A stretch of 64,000 bases of DNA from Bacteroidales bacterium (GCA_024763075.1 JANTGF010000009.1:21149-85148), one strand, 5' to 3'. Positions 1-10,240 are shown, counted from the stretch's first letter. Notes: generated by a model not told the origin, from the letters alone. Numbers and translations: made by a program.

Positions 1-264
1 GCAAAGGTAATATTTTTATGCTTTGGGCCGTCCATTGCATTCTGACAAATGCATTTATTTCTCAATTGGATTAAAACAAAAAAAATATTTCTGCAATAAA
101 TGGTAAACAGTCTGATTTTTCCCTGGTATTTTCATGCATTATTATTCCAATGTTTTTTTGTAATTTCACAACGGATTGAAAAAAATATTTTTTTAAAACT
201 GTTGCTTTTTAGGGGAACTTGTTTCCCCGCATAAAATATAAATTTCCAAACCAGCATCCGCCTG

Positions 265-1029
265 ATGAGCCAATACAGAGTTTCTGCCGTTTCATACCTG
301 AACACCCTGCCTTTTATCTATGGGTTGAAACAACATGATTTTTTGAAAAAAATTAAACTTTCACTTGATAATCCGGCCGTTTGCGCAGAAAAATTATTTA
401 CAGATCAGGCTGATATCGGACTGATACCGGTAGCTGTCATTCCTCAGCTCCGCAATGCCCGGATAATTTCGGACTATTGTATTGGTGCAAAGGGAAAAGT
501 AAAATCAGTTCTATTGTACAGTACGGTTCCTTTGGAACAAATCAAAATGATATGGCTCGACAATCAGTCGAGGACATCTGTTAAATTAATCCGGATACTG
601 GCCCAAAACTACTGGCAAATTACCCCCGGATGGGATAAGGCTCCTCCTGGTTTTGAAAAAAAACGATTAGAAAAAGGAGAAGCCGGAGTAATTATAGGTG
701 ACAGGGCATTTCCAATAACAGAAAAGTATCCGTATATTTATGACCTCTCGGAAGAATGGGAAAATTATACCGGTTTGCCTTTTGTTTTTGCGGCATGGAC
801 GGCTAATAAAAAAATTGATATGGATTTTCTGAAAGAATTTAACGATGCATTAAAATACGGTATGATGCATCTCAAAGAATCTGTAAATTCTTATTCAGAC
901 TATCATTACCTGGATAAAACATCTCTGCTGTCGTATCTGAAGAATAATATCAGTTTTTCCCTGGATGAGCAAAAGCAAAAAGGAATGAATCGTTTTTTTG
1001 AAGAACTAAACAAACTAAATACACTGTGA
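265..1029 (+). CDS. mqnA: MqnA/MqnD-family menaquinone biosynthesis protein (chorismate dehydratase-like, futalosine pathway)
   Basis: Motifs VSYLNTLPF, SRTSVKL, IIGDRA and DLSEEW..YTGLPFVFAAW are typical of MqnA. Confidence 0.85.
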   Translation: MSQYRVSAVSYLNTLPFIYGLKQHDFLKKIKLSLDNPAVCAEKLFTDQADIGLIPVAVIPQLRNARIISDYCIGAKGKVKSVLLYSTVPLEQIKMIWLDNQSRTSVKLIRILAQNYWQITPGWDKAPPGFEKKRLEKGEAGVIIGDRAFPITEKYPYIYDLSEEWENYTGLPFVFAAWTANKKIDMDFLKEFNDALKYGMMHLKESVNSYSDYHYLDKTSLLSYLKNNISFSLDEQKQKGMNRFFEELNKLNTL

Positions 1030-2441
1030 TAATGCATAACTACATTCTGAGTATTATATTCATCTTCGGCTTTCTGATCAAACATGACACAGTAAAAGCA
1101 GTACAAAATGATACACTGAATCAAAAAGTGTTGGTTTATACTTTTAAAATCAACAAGGAAATTTCAGAACCCATGTGGAGGGTGACCAAAGATAGTTATG
1201 AAGAAGCAAATAAAATAGGGGCTGATTACATTCTTATACACATGAATACATATGGGGGTATGGTAACTTCCGCTGATTCCATCCGCACAAAAATCCTGAA
1301 CAGTAAAATACCCACATTTGTATTTATTGATAACAATGCTGCATCTGCCGGAGCTCTGATCTCTATTGCCTGCGACAGTATTTACATGCGTCCGGGTGCA
1401 AGTATCGGGGCAGCCACTGTTGTAAATCAATCCGGGCAGGCCGTCCCTGACAAATTCCAGTCATTCATGCGTTCCACCATGCGAGCTACTGCTGAGGCAC
1501 ATGGTAAAGACACCATCATACAGGGGAATGATACTATTTTCAAATGGCATCGCGACCCTGCTATCGCAGAAGCCATGGTTGATCCTTCCATTTATGTAAA
1601 AGGAGTGAGCGATACAGGAAAAGTGTTGACCCTGACTGCCGAAGAGGCCATAAAAGTAGGATTTTGTGAAGGTGAAGCTGAAAACATCCCGGAAGTCTTG
1701 AAACTGGCAGGAATTGAAAATTATGAACTTAAAGAATACATTCCTACTACATTGGATAAGATCATTCATTTTCTTGTAAACCCGGTGATTTCCGGTTTAC
1801 TTATCATGCTGATCATTGGGGGCATCTATTTTGAATTGCAATCACCCGGTATTGGTTTTCCACTGGGTGCTGCCATACTCGCTGCCATCGTTTATTTTGC
1901 GCCCTTATATCTGGAAGGCCTGGCACAAAACTGGGAGTTTATCATTTTTGTCATAGGTATTATCCTTATTTTTGTAGAAATATTTGTTATTCCCGGCTTT
2001 GGTGTTGCCGGTGTAATGGGAATTGTAATGGTATTTACGGGACTGACACTCAGTATGGTAGATAATATTGTATTTCAACTTGACCTCAGACTGGCATTGG
2101 AAGCAGTGGTAAAGGCCTTTTTTACGGTTCTGGTGGCTATTTTCCTTTCACTAACACTTTCCCTGTATATTTCAAAACAATTATTTACCTCCAGAAAGCT
2201 GAAGTTTGCCCTGCATACAACACAGGAAACCGATAAAGGTTTTGTAGGTGTGGATGCAAAAGTACAAAAGGAAACTATTGGTAAAACAGGTACTGCAGCT
2301 ACCATCCTCCGGCCTGCAGGTAAAGTTGAAATAGATGGCGAAATGTTCGATGCCCTTTCAGAGGTTGGGTACATTAATAAAGGTGAAAAAATAAAAGTAG
2401 TCAGGGACGAAGCAGGGCAGCTTTTTGTTATCAAGGCATAA
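1026..2441 (+). CDS. nfeD: Long-form NfeD family membrane protein (ClpP-like protease domain, TM region, C-terminal OB fold); start may be ATG 1032
   Basis: MNTYGG, AASAGALI (Ser), IGAATVV, PDK (Lys), about 5 TM helices, C-terminal LRPAGKVEIDG. Confidence 0.9.
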   Translation: MIMHNYILSIIFIFGFLIKHDTVKAVQNDTLNQKVLVYTFKINKEISEPMWRVTKDSYEEANKIGADYILIHMNTYGGMVTSADSIRTKILNSKIPTFVFIDNNAASAGALISIACDSIYMRPGASIGAATVVNQSGQAVPDKFQSFMRSTMRATAEAHGKDTIIQGNDTIFKWHRDPAIAEAMVDPSIYVKGVSDTGKVLTLTAEEAIKVGFCEGEAENIPEVLKLAGIENYELKEYIPTTLDKIIHFLVNPVISGLLIMLIIGGIYFELQSPGIGFPLGAAILAAIVYFAPLYLEGLAQNWEFIIFVIGIILIFVEIFVIPGFGVAGVMGIVMVFTGLTLSMVDNIVFQLDLRLALEAVVKAFFTVLVAIFLSLTLSLYISKQLFTSRKLKFALHTTQETDKGFVGVDAKVQKETIGKTGTAATILRPAGKVEIDGEMFDALSEVGYINKGEKIKVVRDEAGQLFVIKA

Positions 2442-2893
2442 TGAACCCGGATCTTAAAATTATTATAAGGAACTATAACAAACCGGACTACCCCGGAGTG
2501 GATGAATTGTGGAAAGAAACCGGACTGGGCGGTTCTGAAAGAGGTGACAATGCGGAAGTAATTGAAAGGACCCTGAAACACGGAGGGAAGTTGCTTATTA
2601 TGGAAGATACAGAGAACGGAACCATCCTTGGAACTTCGTGGATTACCAGCAACGGACGAAGGACCTATATTCATCACTTTGGAATTAAAACGGAGTACCG
2701 GCAAAAAGGCCTTGGCTACAAACTGGGAGTAGAAACCTTAAAATATGCCAAAGATTTAGGTTGCCAGATTAAGCTGGAGGTTAGTAAAAATAATCAACCA
2801 GCCATCCGGCTTTACCGGAAGCTTGGATTTCAACCGCTGGGTGATTATGATATTTTTATTATCAGGGATCTTACAGGAATCAGGCTAAAATAA
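2441..2893 (+). CDS. GNAT family N-acetyltransferase
   Basis: Acetyl-CoA motif EYRQKGLG and N..AIRLYRKLGF; TAATG overlap with nfeD. Confidence 0.85.
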   Translation: MNPDLKIIIRNYNKPDYPGVDELWKETGLGGSERGDNAEVIERTLKHGGKLLIMEDTENGTILGTSWITSNGRRTYIHHFGIKTEYRQKGLGYKLGVETLKYAKDLGCQIKLEVSKNNQPAIRLYRKLGFQPLGDYDIFIIRDLTGIRLK

Positions 2894-3031
2894 AGGAACT
2901 TTAGCCTGTATGAAAAATTTTAGTTCATTCAAATATAATTTTACAAATATCTCAGACGTTTTATATATAAATTCTAATCAGAATTCACTATCTTTATAGT
3001 CGATTTTGTTTAATAAAAAAATTAAAGAAAC

Positions 3032-3280
3032 ATGACAAAGACAATCACTTTCAATGAGTTACGAAGAATTAAAGATCAATTACCTGATGGTAGTATGAGA
3101 GAAATTGCTAAAAAACTTAAGCTGAACGTTGAAACGGTCCGAAATTATTTTGGTGGATCAAATTACAATATGGGAGAAAGCGTGGGGATACATATTGAGC
3201 AGGGGCCGGACGGTGGAATTGTAACTCTTGATGATACAACCATTCTTGACCTGGCAAGAGAAATTGCCGGAGGAAAATAA
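3032..3280 (+). CDS. Small conserved Bacteroidales DNA-binding protein (HTH-like)
   Basis: TITFNELRRIKDQLPDGS...VETVRNYFGG...GPDGGIV recognised as a conserved Bacteroidales small protein; has its own terminator. Confidence 0.75.
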   Translation: MTKTITFNELRRIKDQLPDGSMREIAKKLKLNVETVRNYFGGSNYNMGESVGIHIEQGPDGGIVTLDDTTILDLAREIAGGK

Positions 3281-3303
3281 TTCATTCAGGATATTTATAA
3301 GCC

Positions 3304-3340
3304 AAAGGCAAAAAAGAAATTTCTTTTTTGCCTTTTTTTT
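3304..3340 (+). terminator. Intrinsic terminator (32-bp perfect palindrome plus T-run)
   Basis: AAAGGCAAAAAAGAAA/TTTCTTTTTTGCCTTT followed by further Ts. Confidence 0.8.
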
Positions 3341-3345
3341 ACCGC

Positions 3346-4176
3346 ATGAACACAGTTCAGGATATTAATAGAGCAGAACATAAATGGCAGGAACCAGTTT
3401 ATTCCTGTGTTGAAAATATTTTTAGTACCCACTGGCTTCCCTCTCATGATGTATGGCATTCCAACCGGGTCTGGGAATTTGCCAGAAGTTTAATCCTTGC
3501 TATGAGGAAAAATAAAATCCGGTTTTCCTTTAAAGAAATGGAAGAACTGTTGATCGCCTCATATTTTCATGACACAGGGATGTCGGTTACCCTGAATCCT
3601 GAGCATGGAAAATACAGCAGGGAAATTTGCCATACATTTTTAAAAAATCAATCCTCTCTGTCTCTGTTTCAGAAAGAGAAAATATTGAATGCTGTAGAAT
3701 TTCACGATGACAAATCATACCGGAAAGAAGTTTTCCTGAATCATGAAAAGCTTCTTCCCTGGCTTTGTGTAGCAGATGACATGGATGCGTACGGTAATAT
3801 TGGGATTTATCGTTTTTGGGAGATCAATAGCCTGCGCCATATCCGGGAGGATCAGATGGTGGAAAAAATCATTCATAGCCTGCAAAACCGAATGAACTTC
3901 TTTTCAGATGTTTACCCGTTCCGCGATGATTTTTACGATTTACAACAAAAAAGAAATAGCCTTACTGCTGAGTTCTTTAAGCGCATGAGAAAAGAGATTA
4001 AAGATACAGAAAATACAAAACCCGTATCTTACACCCGGAAAATCATTCATATTTTCAAAGACCTTATCCTCACCCGGAAAAGCCGGCCTGAACATTTGTT
4101 TTCACTATTGCGAAAAGAAACCTGCGAGCCGGAAGTTTATGAGTTTTTCAGAGAATTTAATATGGAAATAAACTGA
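3346..4176 (+). CDS. HD-domain metal-dependent phosphohydrolase
   Basis: H..H, FHD, H, HD and ADDMDAYG motifs; ATG 3346 preferred because TTG 3328 lies inside the terminator. Confidence 0.8.
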   Translation: MNTVQDINRAEHKWQEPVYSCVENIFSTHWLPSHDVWHSNRVWEFARSLILAMRKNKIRFSFKEMEELLIASYFHDTGMSVTLNPEHGKYSREICHTFLKNQSSLSLFQKEKILNAVEFHDDKSYRKEVFLNHEKLLPWLCVADDMDAYGNIGIYRFWEINSLRHIREDQMVEKIIHSLQNRMNFFSDVYPFRDDFYDLQQKRNSLTAEFFKRMRKEIKDTENTKPVSYTRKIIHIFKDLILTRKSRPEHLFSLLRKETCEPEVYEFFREFNMEIN

Positions 4177-4251
4177 TGGTTTTTTGTTAATCAGGCACAC
4201 TATTTTTAACTTGCCTGCCAGTTCTAAATTAACCTGAAAAATCAACCAAAA

Positions 4252-6018
4252 ATGAATTCTACAAAATCCATTCTTTTACTCACCTCTGCTTTTATATTTT
4301 CAGTTTTCTCATCTTTTGGTCAAATAAATCTCCGTTATGAGAAAAATGAAACGCTGAAATATGATGAGATCATTGAAGCATACAGATATCTTGATAAAAC
4401 ATGGGAAGAAGCAAAACTTTTTGAAGTTGGACTTACGGATATTGGAAAGCCTTTGCATCTGTTTGTGATCTCAAAAGATAAGGACTTTGATCCCGAATCC
4501 ATTCATTCCAGGAAGAAATGCGTGGTTTTTATAAATAACGGAATACATCCGGGTGAACCTCCGGGAATTGATGCCAGCATTCAATTCTCTGAAGACCTGC
4601 TTTCAGGAAAAGATGGGTTGAACAGCTTGCTGGATCACACGGTTATCTGCATCGTACCTGTTTACAATGTGGGAGGATGCCTGAACAGGAGCCCGTATCA
4701 CCGGACCAACCAGGACACACCCCCGGAGTCCGGCTTCAGGGGAAATGCCAAACACCTTGACCTTAACCGGGATTTCATCAAGATGGACAGCAAAAATGCC
4801 CGTTCCCTTGTACAGGCTTTTCATGAATGGAAGCCCGAGGTCTTTCTTGACACGCATGTTACCAACGGATCGGACCATCAATATGTAATTACCCTTATAC
4901 CTACCATTTACCAGCGGCTGCCGGAACCAATGAGCAGGTTCTTCAGGGAAAAAATGATCCCCGACCTTTTTTCCCAAATGCACAAAACTCCCTATGAGAT
5001 GATCCCTTATGTAAACTGGTTAAAAGGAGGTTCCAATCCGGATCAGGGCATCGCCGCCTATTATGATGCACCCAGGGTTTCCACAGGTTTTGCATCTACA
5101 TTTAACACATATGCCTTTATGACTGAGAACCATGTTTATAAGGAATTCAGGGATCAGGTAAAATCTGTTTATGCTTTTATGAAAGCACTGGTAAGTTTCT
5201 CAAACATAAATTCAGAAGAGATCATCCGCACAAAAAATGAGGCAGATGAACAATCCAAACATGCAAAGCAGTTCACCTCAAAGTGGAAATTGGACAGAAC
5301 ACATTCTGAATCATTACTTTTTAAAGGCTATGAAGGAGGAATGGTAAAAAGCCAGCTTACAGAACAGATGCTCTATCATTATGACCGAAACCGGCCTTAT
5401 GAAAAAGAAGTGCCTTTTTACCGGCAATTCCTGCCTGAGGAATCCCTTACCAAACCGGAAATGTACCTTATTCCCCAGGCCTGGGAAAAAGCCATCCGGC
5501 ACCTGCAGCTCAATGGTGTAAAACTCGAAAGACTTGTAAAAGATATTGAAATTGAAGTGAATGCTTACCATTTATCCTCTTATCAATTCTCCACACGTTT
5601 AAATAATGGCCACTTCCGCGTAAATGACATTCAAACTACCAAAGAACAGCAAAAAATTCAGTTTTACAAAGGAGATTATATTGTAATAATGAACCAAAAA
5701 TTAAACCGGTTTATTATGGAAGTGCTGGAACCGGTTTGCGGAGACTCCTACCTGAGCTGGAACTTTTTCAATCCGGTTTTTGAAAGACGGGAATATTTTT
5801 CACCTTCGGGATTTGAGAGTAAGGCACTGAAATATCTGGATGAAAACCCGGAATTAAAGAAACAGTTTGAAAAGAAAAAGGGGACAGATCCCGAATTTGC
5901 CAAAAACAGCTATGCCCAGTTCAGTTATATTTATAACCACTCCCCTTATCTGGAAAAAAGTTATTTAAGATATCCGGTGTACCGGATAGAAGAAAAGCAG
6001 GACCTTCCTTTGGAATGA
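4252..6018 (+). CDS. M14 family zinc carboxypeptidase-like protein, secreted
   Basis: Signal peptide; GIHPGE, DLNRDF and DTHVTNG zinc-binding motifs. Confidence 0.85.
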   Translation: MNSTKSILLLTSAFIFSVFSSFGQINLRYEKNETLKYDEIIEAYRYLDKTWEEAKLFEVGLTDIGKPLHLFVISKDKDFDPESIHSRKKCVVFINNGIHPGEPPGIDASIQFSEDLLSGKDGLNSLLDHTVICIVPVYNVGGCLNRSPYHRTNQDTPPESGFRGNAKHLDLNRDFIKMDSKNARSLVQAFHEWKPEVFLDTHVTNGSDHQYVITLIPTIYQRLPEPMSRFFREKMIPDLFSQMHKTPYEMIPYVNWLKGGSNPDQGIAAYYDAPRVSTGFASTFNTYAFMTENHVYKEFRDQVKSVYAFMKALVSFSNINSEEIIRTKNEADEQSKHAKQFTSKWKLDRTHSESLLFKGYEGGMVKSQLTEQMLYHYDRNRPYEKEVPFYRQFLPEESLTKPEMYLIPQAWEKAIRHLQLNGVKLERLVKDIEIEVNAYHLSSYQFSTRLNNGHFRVNDIQTTKEQQKIQFYKGDYIVIMNQKLNRFIMEVLEPVCGDSYLSWNFFNPVFERREYFSPSGFESKALKYLDENPELKKQFEKKKGTDPEFAKNSYAQFSYIYNHSPYLEKSYLRYPVYRIEEKQDLPLE

Positions 6019-6347
6019 TCCTTATTCTTTATTAAGGTTCCGGCTAAATTTTCCGGTTTATCGCAGCAAAAACGCTAAACCGGGATTATGTTTTAATTCT
6101 AACAGAAACAATACTGAGAACATTAAACAATTGTCCCTTTTTATAATTGAATGAAAAAATTCCACTTTTGGGAAACAATCTATTTTAAAAAAAAGTACCT
6201 TTACCATGCGATGATTCTATATAAGGATTCTTAAATCTTTCATTAAGCAGAATCAAAGCAAAACATATCAACTAAACCCTGCAAATCACATTTTTATTTA
6301 ATTGACAATGTCAATCGAATGAATTATTAATTATTAAATCTTTTAAA

Positions 6348-7829
6348 ATGGTTAAAAAATTAAGAATTATTGGAATTTTCTGTTTCATCGGACTAACAAA
6401 CATTTCACTTGCACAATGGGTACAAACAGGAAATAGTATGAACGGTGATTCAGGAGACAGATTCGGCTATTCCGTAAGCCTGAGCGCAGATGGATCTGTT
6501 GTAGCTGCCGGAGGAATCTTTAATAAAGAAAACGGTACAGAAGCAGGTCAGGTAAAAATTTATTACAATTCGGACGGAAACTGGGTCCAAAAAGGAAGTA
6601 ATATTAATGGAGAGGCAGCAGATGACAGATCAGGATATTCCGTGAGCCTCAACTATGATGGTTCTGTAGTAGCCATTGGAGCTCCTTACAATGAAGGCGG
6701 AGGATTGTACACAGGCCATGTTAGAGTATTTGAATTCTCTGATGGAACCTGGAAACAAAAGGGCCAGGATATTGATGGTAATATTGGTGACCAGTTAGGA
6801 AACGCTGTAAGTTTGAATTCCGATGGTACTATTGTAGCAATCGGAGGTTCTGCCAATTCAACGAACGGACTGAATGCCGGTACTGTAAAAATCTATAAAT
6901 TCTTAGAAAATAGCTGGACACAAACAGGTGACGATATAAATGGAGATGCAGCCAGTGATTTATTTGGAATTTCAGTAAGTATAAGTGCTGATGGCTCCAT
7001 TGTTGCTGTTGGAGCAAGTCAGTACAACAACAATGAAAAGGGCGGATATGTAAAAATATTTAAACTAATCGAAGGAAACTGGGTACAAACGGGTGAAAGT
7101 ATAACTGGAGATAATGCTAAGGATAACTTTGGACTCTCGGTAAGTTTAAGCTCTGATGGGTCGATAATGGCAGTCGGTGCTCCGCAAACCAATAGCATTG
7201 ATGGAACCGGCTATGCAAAGATATTCAGATATGTTGATGGAAGCTGGGCTCAAATGGGGAGCACTCTTAATGGTAAAGCTACCCTGGACTGGTTTGGGTA
7301 TTCGGTAAGTATAAATTCCGGTGGGAATATGGTTTCAGTAGGATCTCCAATGAATGAAGGAGATGAACAATATACCGGAAGTGTAACAACTTATTTGTTT
7401 TTTGAGGAAGAATGGTCGCCACTTGCTGATCCGATCAAAGGAGAAAATTATTCGAGTAATGCAGGTTATTCCGTGAGTTTAAGCAGGGATAGCTCTATTG
7501 TAGCATTTGGAGAACCCTGGGATAATGCGGGTGCAGACCGGGCCGGCAGAATGAGAGTCTTTTCAAAATCCAATTCGGTTGGGGTATTTGATTCACATTC
7601 AGATATAGATGTCACCATTTATCCGAATCCAACCTCAGGGAGAATTACTGTTAATGGTATCAATATAGAAAAGATCGAAGTTATTAATCCTGAGGGTAAG
7701 ACAATTCAAAAATTTAAAGTAGTGAATGATAAAATAAATTTGAATTTAAGTAATTTACCAAAAGGTGTATTTTTCGTTAAAGTAACAACTGACAAGGGGA
7801 CAAACGTTAAGAAAATTATTATAGAATAA
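6348..7829 (+). CDS. T9SS-secreted FG-GAP-like 7-bladed beta-propeller protein with type A C-terminal sorting domain
   Basis: Signal peptide; seven repeats of about 56 aa (G.SVSLS.DG..VAVGA); C-terminal IYPNP...LPKGVFFVKV...KKIIIE. Confidence 0.85.
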   Translation: MVKKLRIIGIFCFIGLTNISLAQWVQTGNSMNGDSGDRFGYSVSLSADGSVVAAGGIFNKENGTEAGQVKIYYNSDGNWVQKGSNINGEAADDRSGYSVSLNYDGSVVAIGAPYNEGGGLYTGHVRVFEFSDGTWKQKGQDIDGNIGDQLGNAVSLNSDGTIVAIGGSANSTNGLNAGTVKIYKFLENSWTQTGDDINGDAASDLFGISVSISADGSIVAVGASQYNNNEKGGYVKIFKLIEGNWVQTGESITGDNAKDNFGLSVSLSSDGSIMAVGAPQTNSIDGTGYAKIFRYVDGSWAQMGSTLNGKATLDWFGYSVSINSGGNMVSVGSPMNEGDEQYTGSVTTYLFFEEEWSPLADPIKGENYSSNAGYSVSLSRDSSIVAFGEPWDNAGADRAGRMRVFSKSNSVGVFDSHSDIDVTIYPNPTSGRITVNGINIEKIEVINPEGKTIQKFKVVNDKINLNLSNLPKGVFFVKVTTDKGTNVKKIIIE

Positions 7830-7907
7830 TCTAAAATAAAGAAAAAATATTGAGGTCCCTAATGTAATTTTTGGTAAAAAAAGTAAAGAAAGAGAATATG
7901 AATACGA

Positions 7908-9254
7908 TTAATCTGTCATTAAAGCGTCCAAAATATCCGTAATCATCTTATTGTAATCAAAATCTTTTTTCTTGGTAAGCCCCATTCTTACAATTACCAG
8001 ATTTTTTGATGGGATTACATAGACTCTCTGTCCCTGATATCCGTCGGCGTAATAAATATCGCGGGGCGCATCAGGCAATTCTTTTCCAGAAGCATTCAAC
8101 CAAAACTGGACACCGTATTCCCCATCTGAATTTGGAGCAGGTGTATAGGTGAATTTTACCCAGTCAGGTGAAAGGATGGTATCTCCAAACCAAACTCCCT
8201 GTTCCAGGTACAATAAACCAAACCTCGCCCAGTCCCTGGGTGTGGCGTATGTATAAGAAGAACCCACAAAATTCCCGGAAGCATCTGTTTCCATAATTGC
8301 ACTAAACATTGAAATTTTATGAAACAGCTCTTTATAAGGTAATTCCCAGTACTCCGCATTATTATTTATTTGCCTTTTAAGAATTTCCGTTAAAATATTT
8401 GAAGTACCCGATGAATAATACCAGACAGAATCAGGAGGATACGCTATTGGCTGACGGAGGGCCATCTCTGCAAGATTTGGACTTTCATACAGCATTACCG
8501 TTGCAGTAGATATATCCCCGTAATCCTCTACCCAGCTAAGTCCGCTTGTCATATTCAATAAGTTTCTGGTAGTTATATTATGCCTCTCATCTCCTTCCCA
8601 TTCATGAACCGGAGCCGGTTTATCAATATTAAAACCATATTTCCTTACCATTATGCCGTACAAGGCATTTACCACACTCTTACTCATTGACCATCCTTGT
8701 ATTCTGGTATCTTTATCAAATCCATCTGCATATTTCTCGGCAAGTACCAGGGTATCATACAATACTAAAACAGCCCGGGTATTTCCTTTTTCAAAAGAAG
8801 CATCTATGGCCTTACTCAGCTTATTCACATCAAAAACCACAGACAGATTATCCCTGATCTTTTGACCTTTTGGCCAATATTCAGTCTGAAAAGAAGCAGG
8901 AGCCTCCTCAATTTTTTGTGACTGATTTTCTGCATCAGGGTATGTACCTTCATAGACCAGACACACACCGAGACCTTCCCGATAAACAGCCTTTTGATTT
9001 CCAAAACCATAAAAATCAGAATACACAATTTTATTTTCGTAATCTACCCTGTTTTTTGCAAGGCTCACTAAAGAAAAATTTAAATCTTCTTCCTCCAGGC
9101 TTTCCTGACTTCTGCCGGCAATAAAAATACCGGATGCAAGGTTCTTGGCAGCATATCCGGTAAATATCTGAGAACGGTCAACTATGTATTTCCCGCCAAA
9201 ACCAAGGATTAGTAGAAATACAATAAGGATAGTGACAAGGATTTTCTTTTTCAT
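7908..9254 (-). CDS. Serine hydrolase, beta-lactamase class C/AmpC-like family
   Basis: SMSK (SxxK), LLNMTSGL, YSS, ATPRDWARFG and GYQGQ motifs; N-terminal membrane anchor. Confidence 0.85.
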   Translation of the reverse strand: MKKKILVTILIVFLLILGFGGKYIVDRSQIFTGYAAKNLASGIFIAGRSQESLEEEDLNFSLVSLAKNRVDYENKIVYSDFYGFGNQKAVYREGLGVCLVYEGTYPDAENQSQKIEEAPASFQTEYWPKGQKIRDNLSVVFDVNKLSKAIDASFEKGNTRAVLVLYDTLVLAEKYADGFDKDTRIQGWSMSKSVVNALYGIMVRKYGFNIDKPAPVHEWEGDERHNITTRNLLNMTSGLSWVEDYGDISTATVMLYESPNLAEMALRQPIAYPPDSVWYYSSGTSNILTEILKRQINNNAEYWELPYKELFHKISMFSAIMETDASGNFVGSSYTYATPRDWARFGLLYLEQGVWFGDTILSPDWVKFTYTPAPNSDGEYGVQFWLNASGKELPDAPRDIYYADGYQGQRVYVIPSKNLVIVRMGLTKKKDFDYNKMITDILDALMTD

Positions 9255-9340
9255 GTGTATTTAATTTGGTTGAAAATAAATAATTTAAGTTTCTCAGATA
9301 GAATAATTGAATATAATATGCTCTTATAGAGATTATTAAA

Positions 9341-9464
9341 CTTCGTGAATCCTTTGTGATATCCTTTGGAACCTTAGTGGTTAAATTGGAGTTTCTTTAT
9401 TACCACTTCCAAAGGAATGCCTGTGGCGAAAGAAACACTAAGGAATCCACAAAGTACCACAAAG
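9341..9464. repeat. REP/MITE-like imperfect nested palindrome (CTTTGTG/CACAAAG type)
   Basis: Left arm cttcgtg-ctttgtg-cctttggaa-ccttagtggt; right arm accact-ttccaaagg-cactaagg-cacaaag-cacaaag. Confidence 0.6.
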
Positions 9465-9590
9465 TAAAAGTTCAAGAATAAAAATATTAAGTACCTAATT
9501 AGCAATAATATAATTTAAACAATAACCCTATAACTAACTAAATATCATACAAATAACTTTAAATGCGATACTGTAATTAAAAATTATTCT

Positions 9591-10202
9591 TTACTTCACC
9601 ATAAAATCAAGTAGCAATTCATTTTCAATATAAGCCTGCAGGCGGTCGTTCTTTTTAACCGGACCTACTCCGGCAGGAGTTCCTGTAAATATCAGGTCGC
9701 CTGTTTTCAGAGTAAAAAATATCGATAAATACGAAATCAACCGATTAAAAGAAAAAATAAGATCCCTGGAATTCCCTTCCTGGGTAAGTTTTCCGTTGAT
9801 ATCAAGATGGAAACCAATATTGTTTACATCCGCAAATTTTTCTTTGGGAAGAAATTTCCCCAAAGGGGCTGAATTATCAAAAGCTTTGGCAATCTCCCAG
9901 GGCAGACCTTTTGCTTTGCATTCCCGCTGCAGGTCCCGGGCTGTAAAATCAATACCTATTCCAATTTCATCATAATACCTATCTGCATATTTTTCATCAA
10001 TATGCTTTCCCAATTTTGAGATTTTTAAAACCAGTTCGGTTTCAAAGTGAATCTCATTTGAAAAATCAGGCAGAAAAAACGGTTTGCCATTTTTCAGGAG
10101 AGAGGCATCTGTTTTTGAAAAAAACACCGGTTTTTCCGGTACCGGATTACTTAACTCTTTCGCATGCTCAACGTAGTTTCTTCCAATACATAAAATTTTC
10201 AT
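9591..10202 (-). CDS. Fumarylacetoacetate hydrolase family protein
   Basis: CIGRNY..HAKE, HFETEL, DFTARDLQ, AKAFD and GDLIFTGTPAGVG motifs. Confidence 0.92.
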   Translation of the reverse strand: MKILCIGRNYVEHAKELSNPVPEKPVFFSKTDASLLKNGKPFFLPDFSNEIHFETELVLKISKLGKHIDEKYADRYYDEIGIGIDFTARDLQRECKAKGLPWEIAKAFDNSAPLGKFLPKEKFADVNNIGFHLDINGKLTQEGNSRDLIFSFNRLISYLSIFFTLKTGDLIFTGTPAGVGPVKKNDRLQAYIENELLLDFMVK

Positions 10203-10240
10203 TGCTAATTACTTAAATCATAATATTAAAATAGTGTTCA

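Noticed and set aside
2075-2704. 209-aa minus-strand ORF and other long antisense ORFs (e.g. 16268-16708, 16868-17332, 42776-43192, 48619-49038)
   Set aside because: They shadow well-supported genes on the opposite strand and have no recognisable motifs.
6460-7520. Recurring DNA motifs about 170 bp apart as a CRISPR-like array
   Set aside because: They are degenerate coding repeats of propeller blades; there are no identical direct repeats or cas genes.
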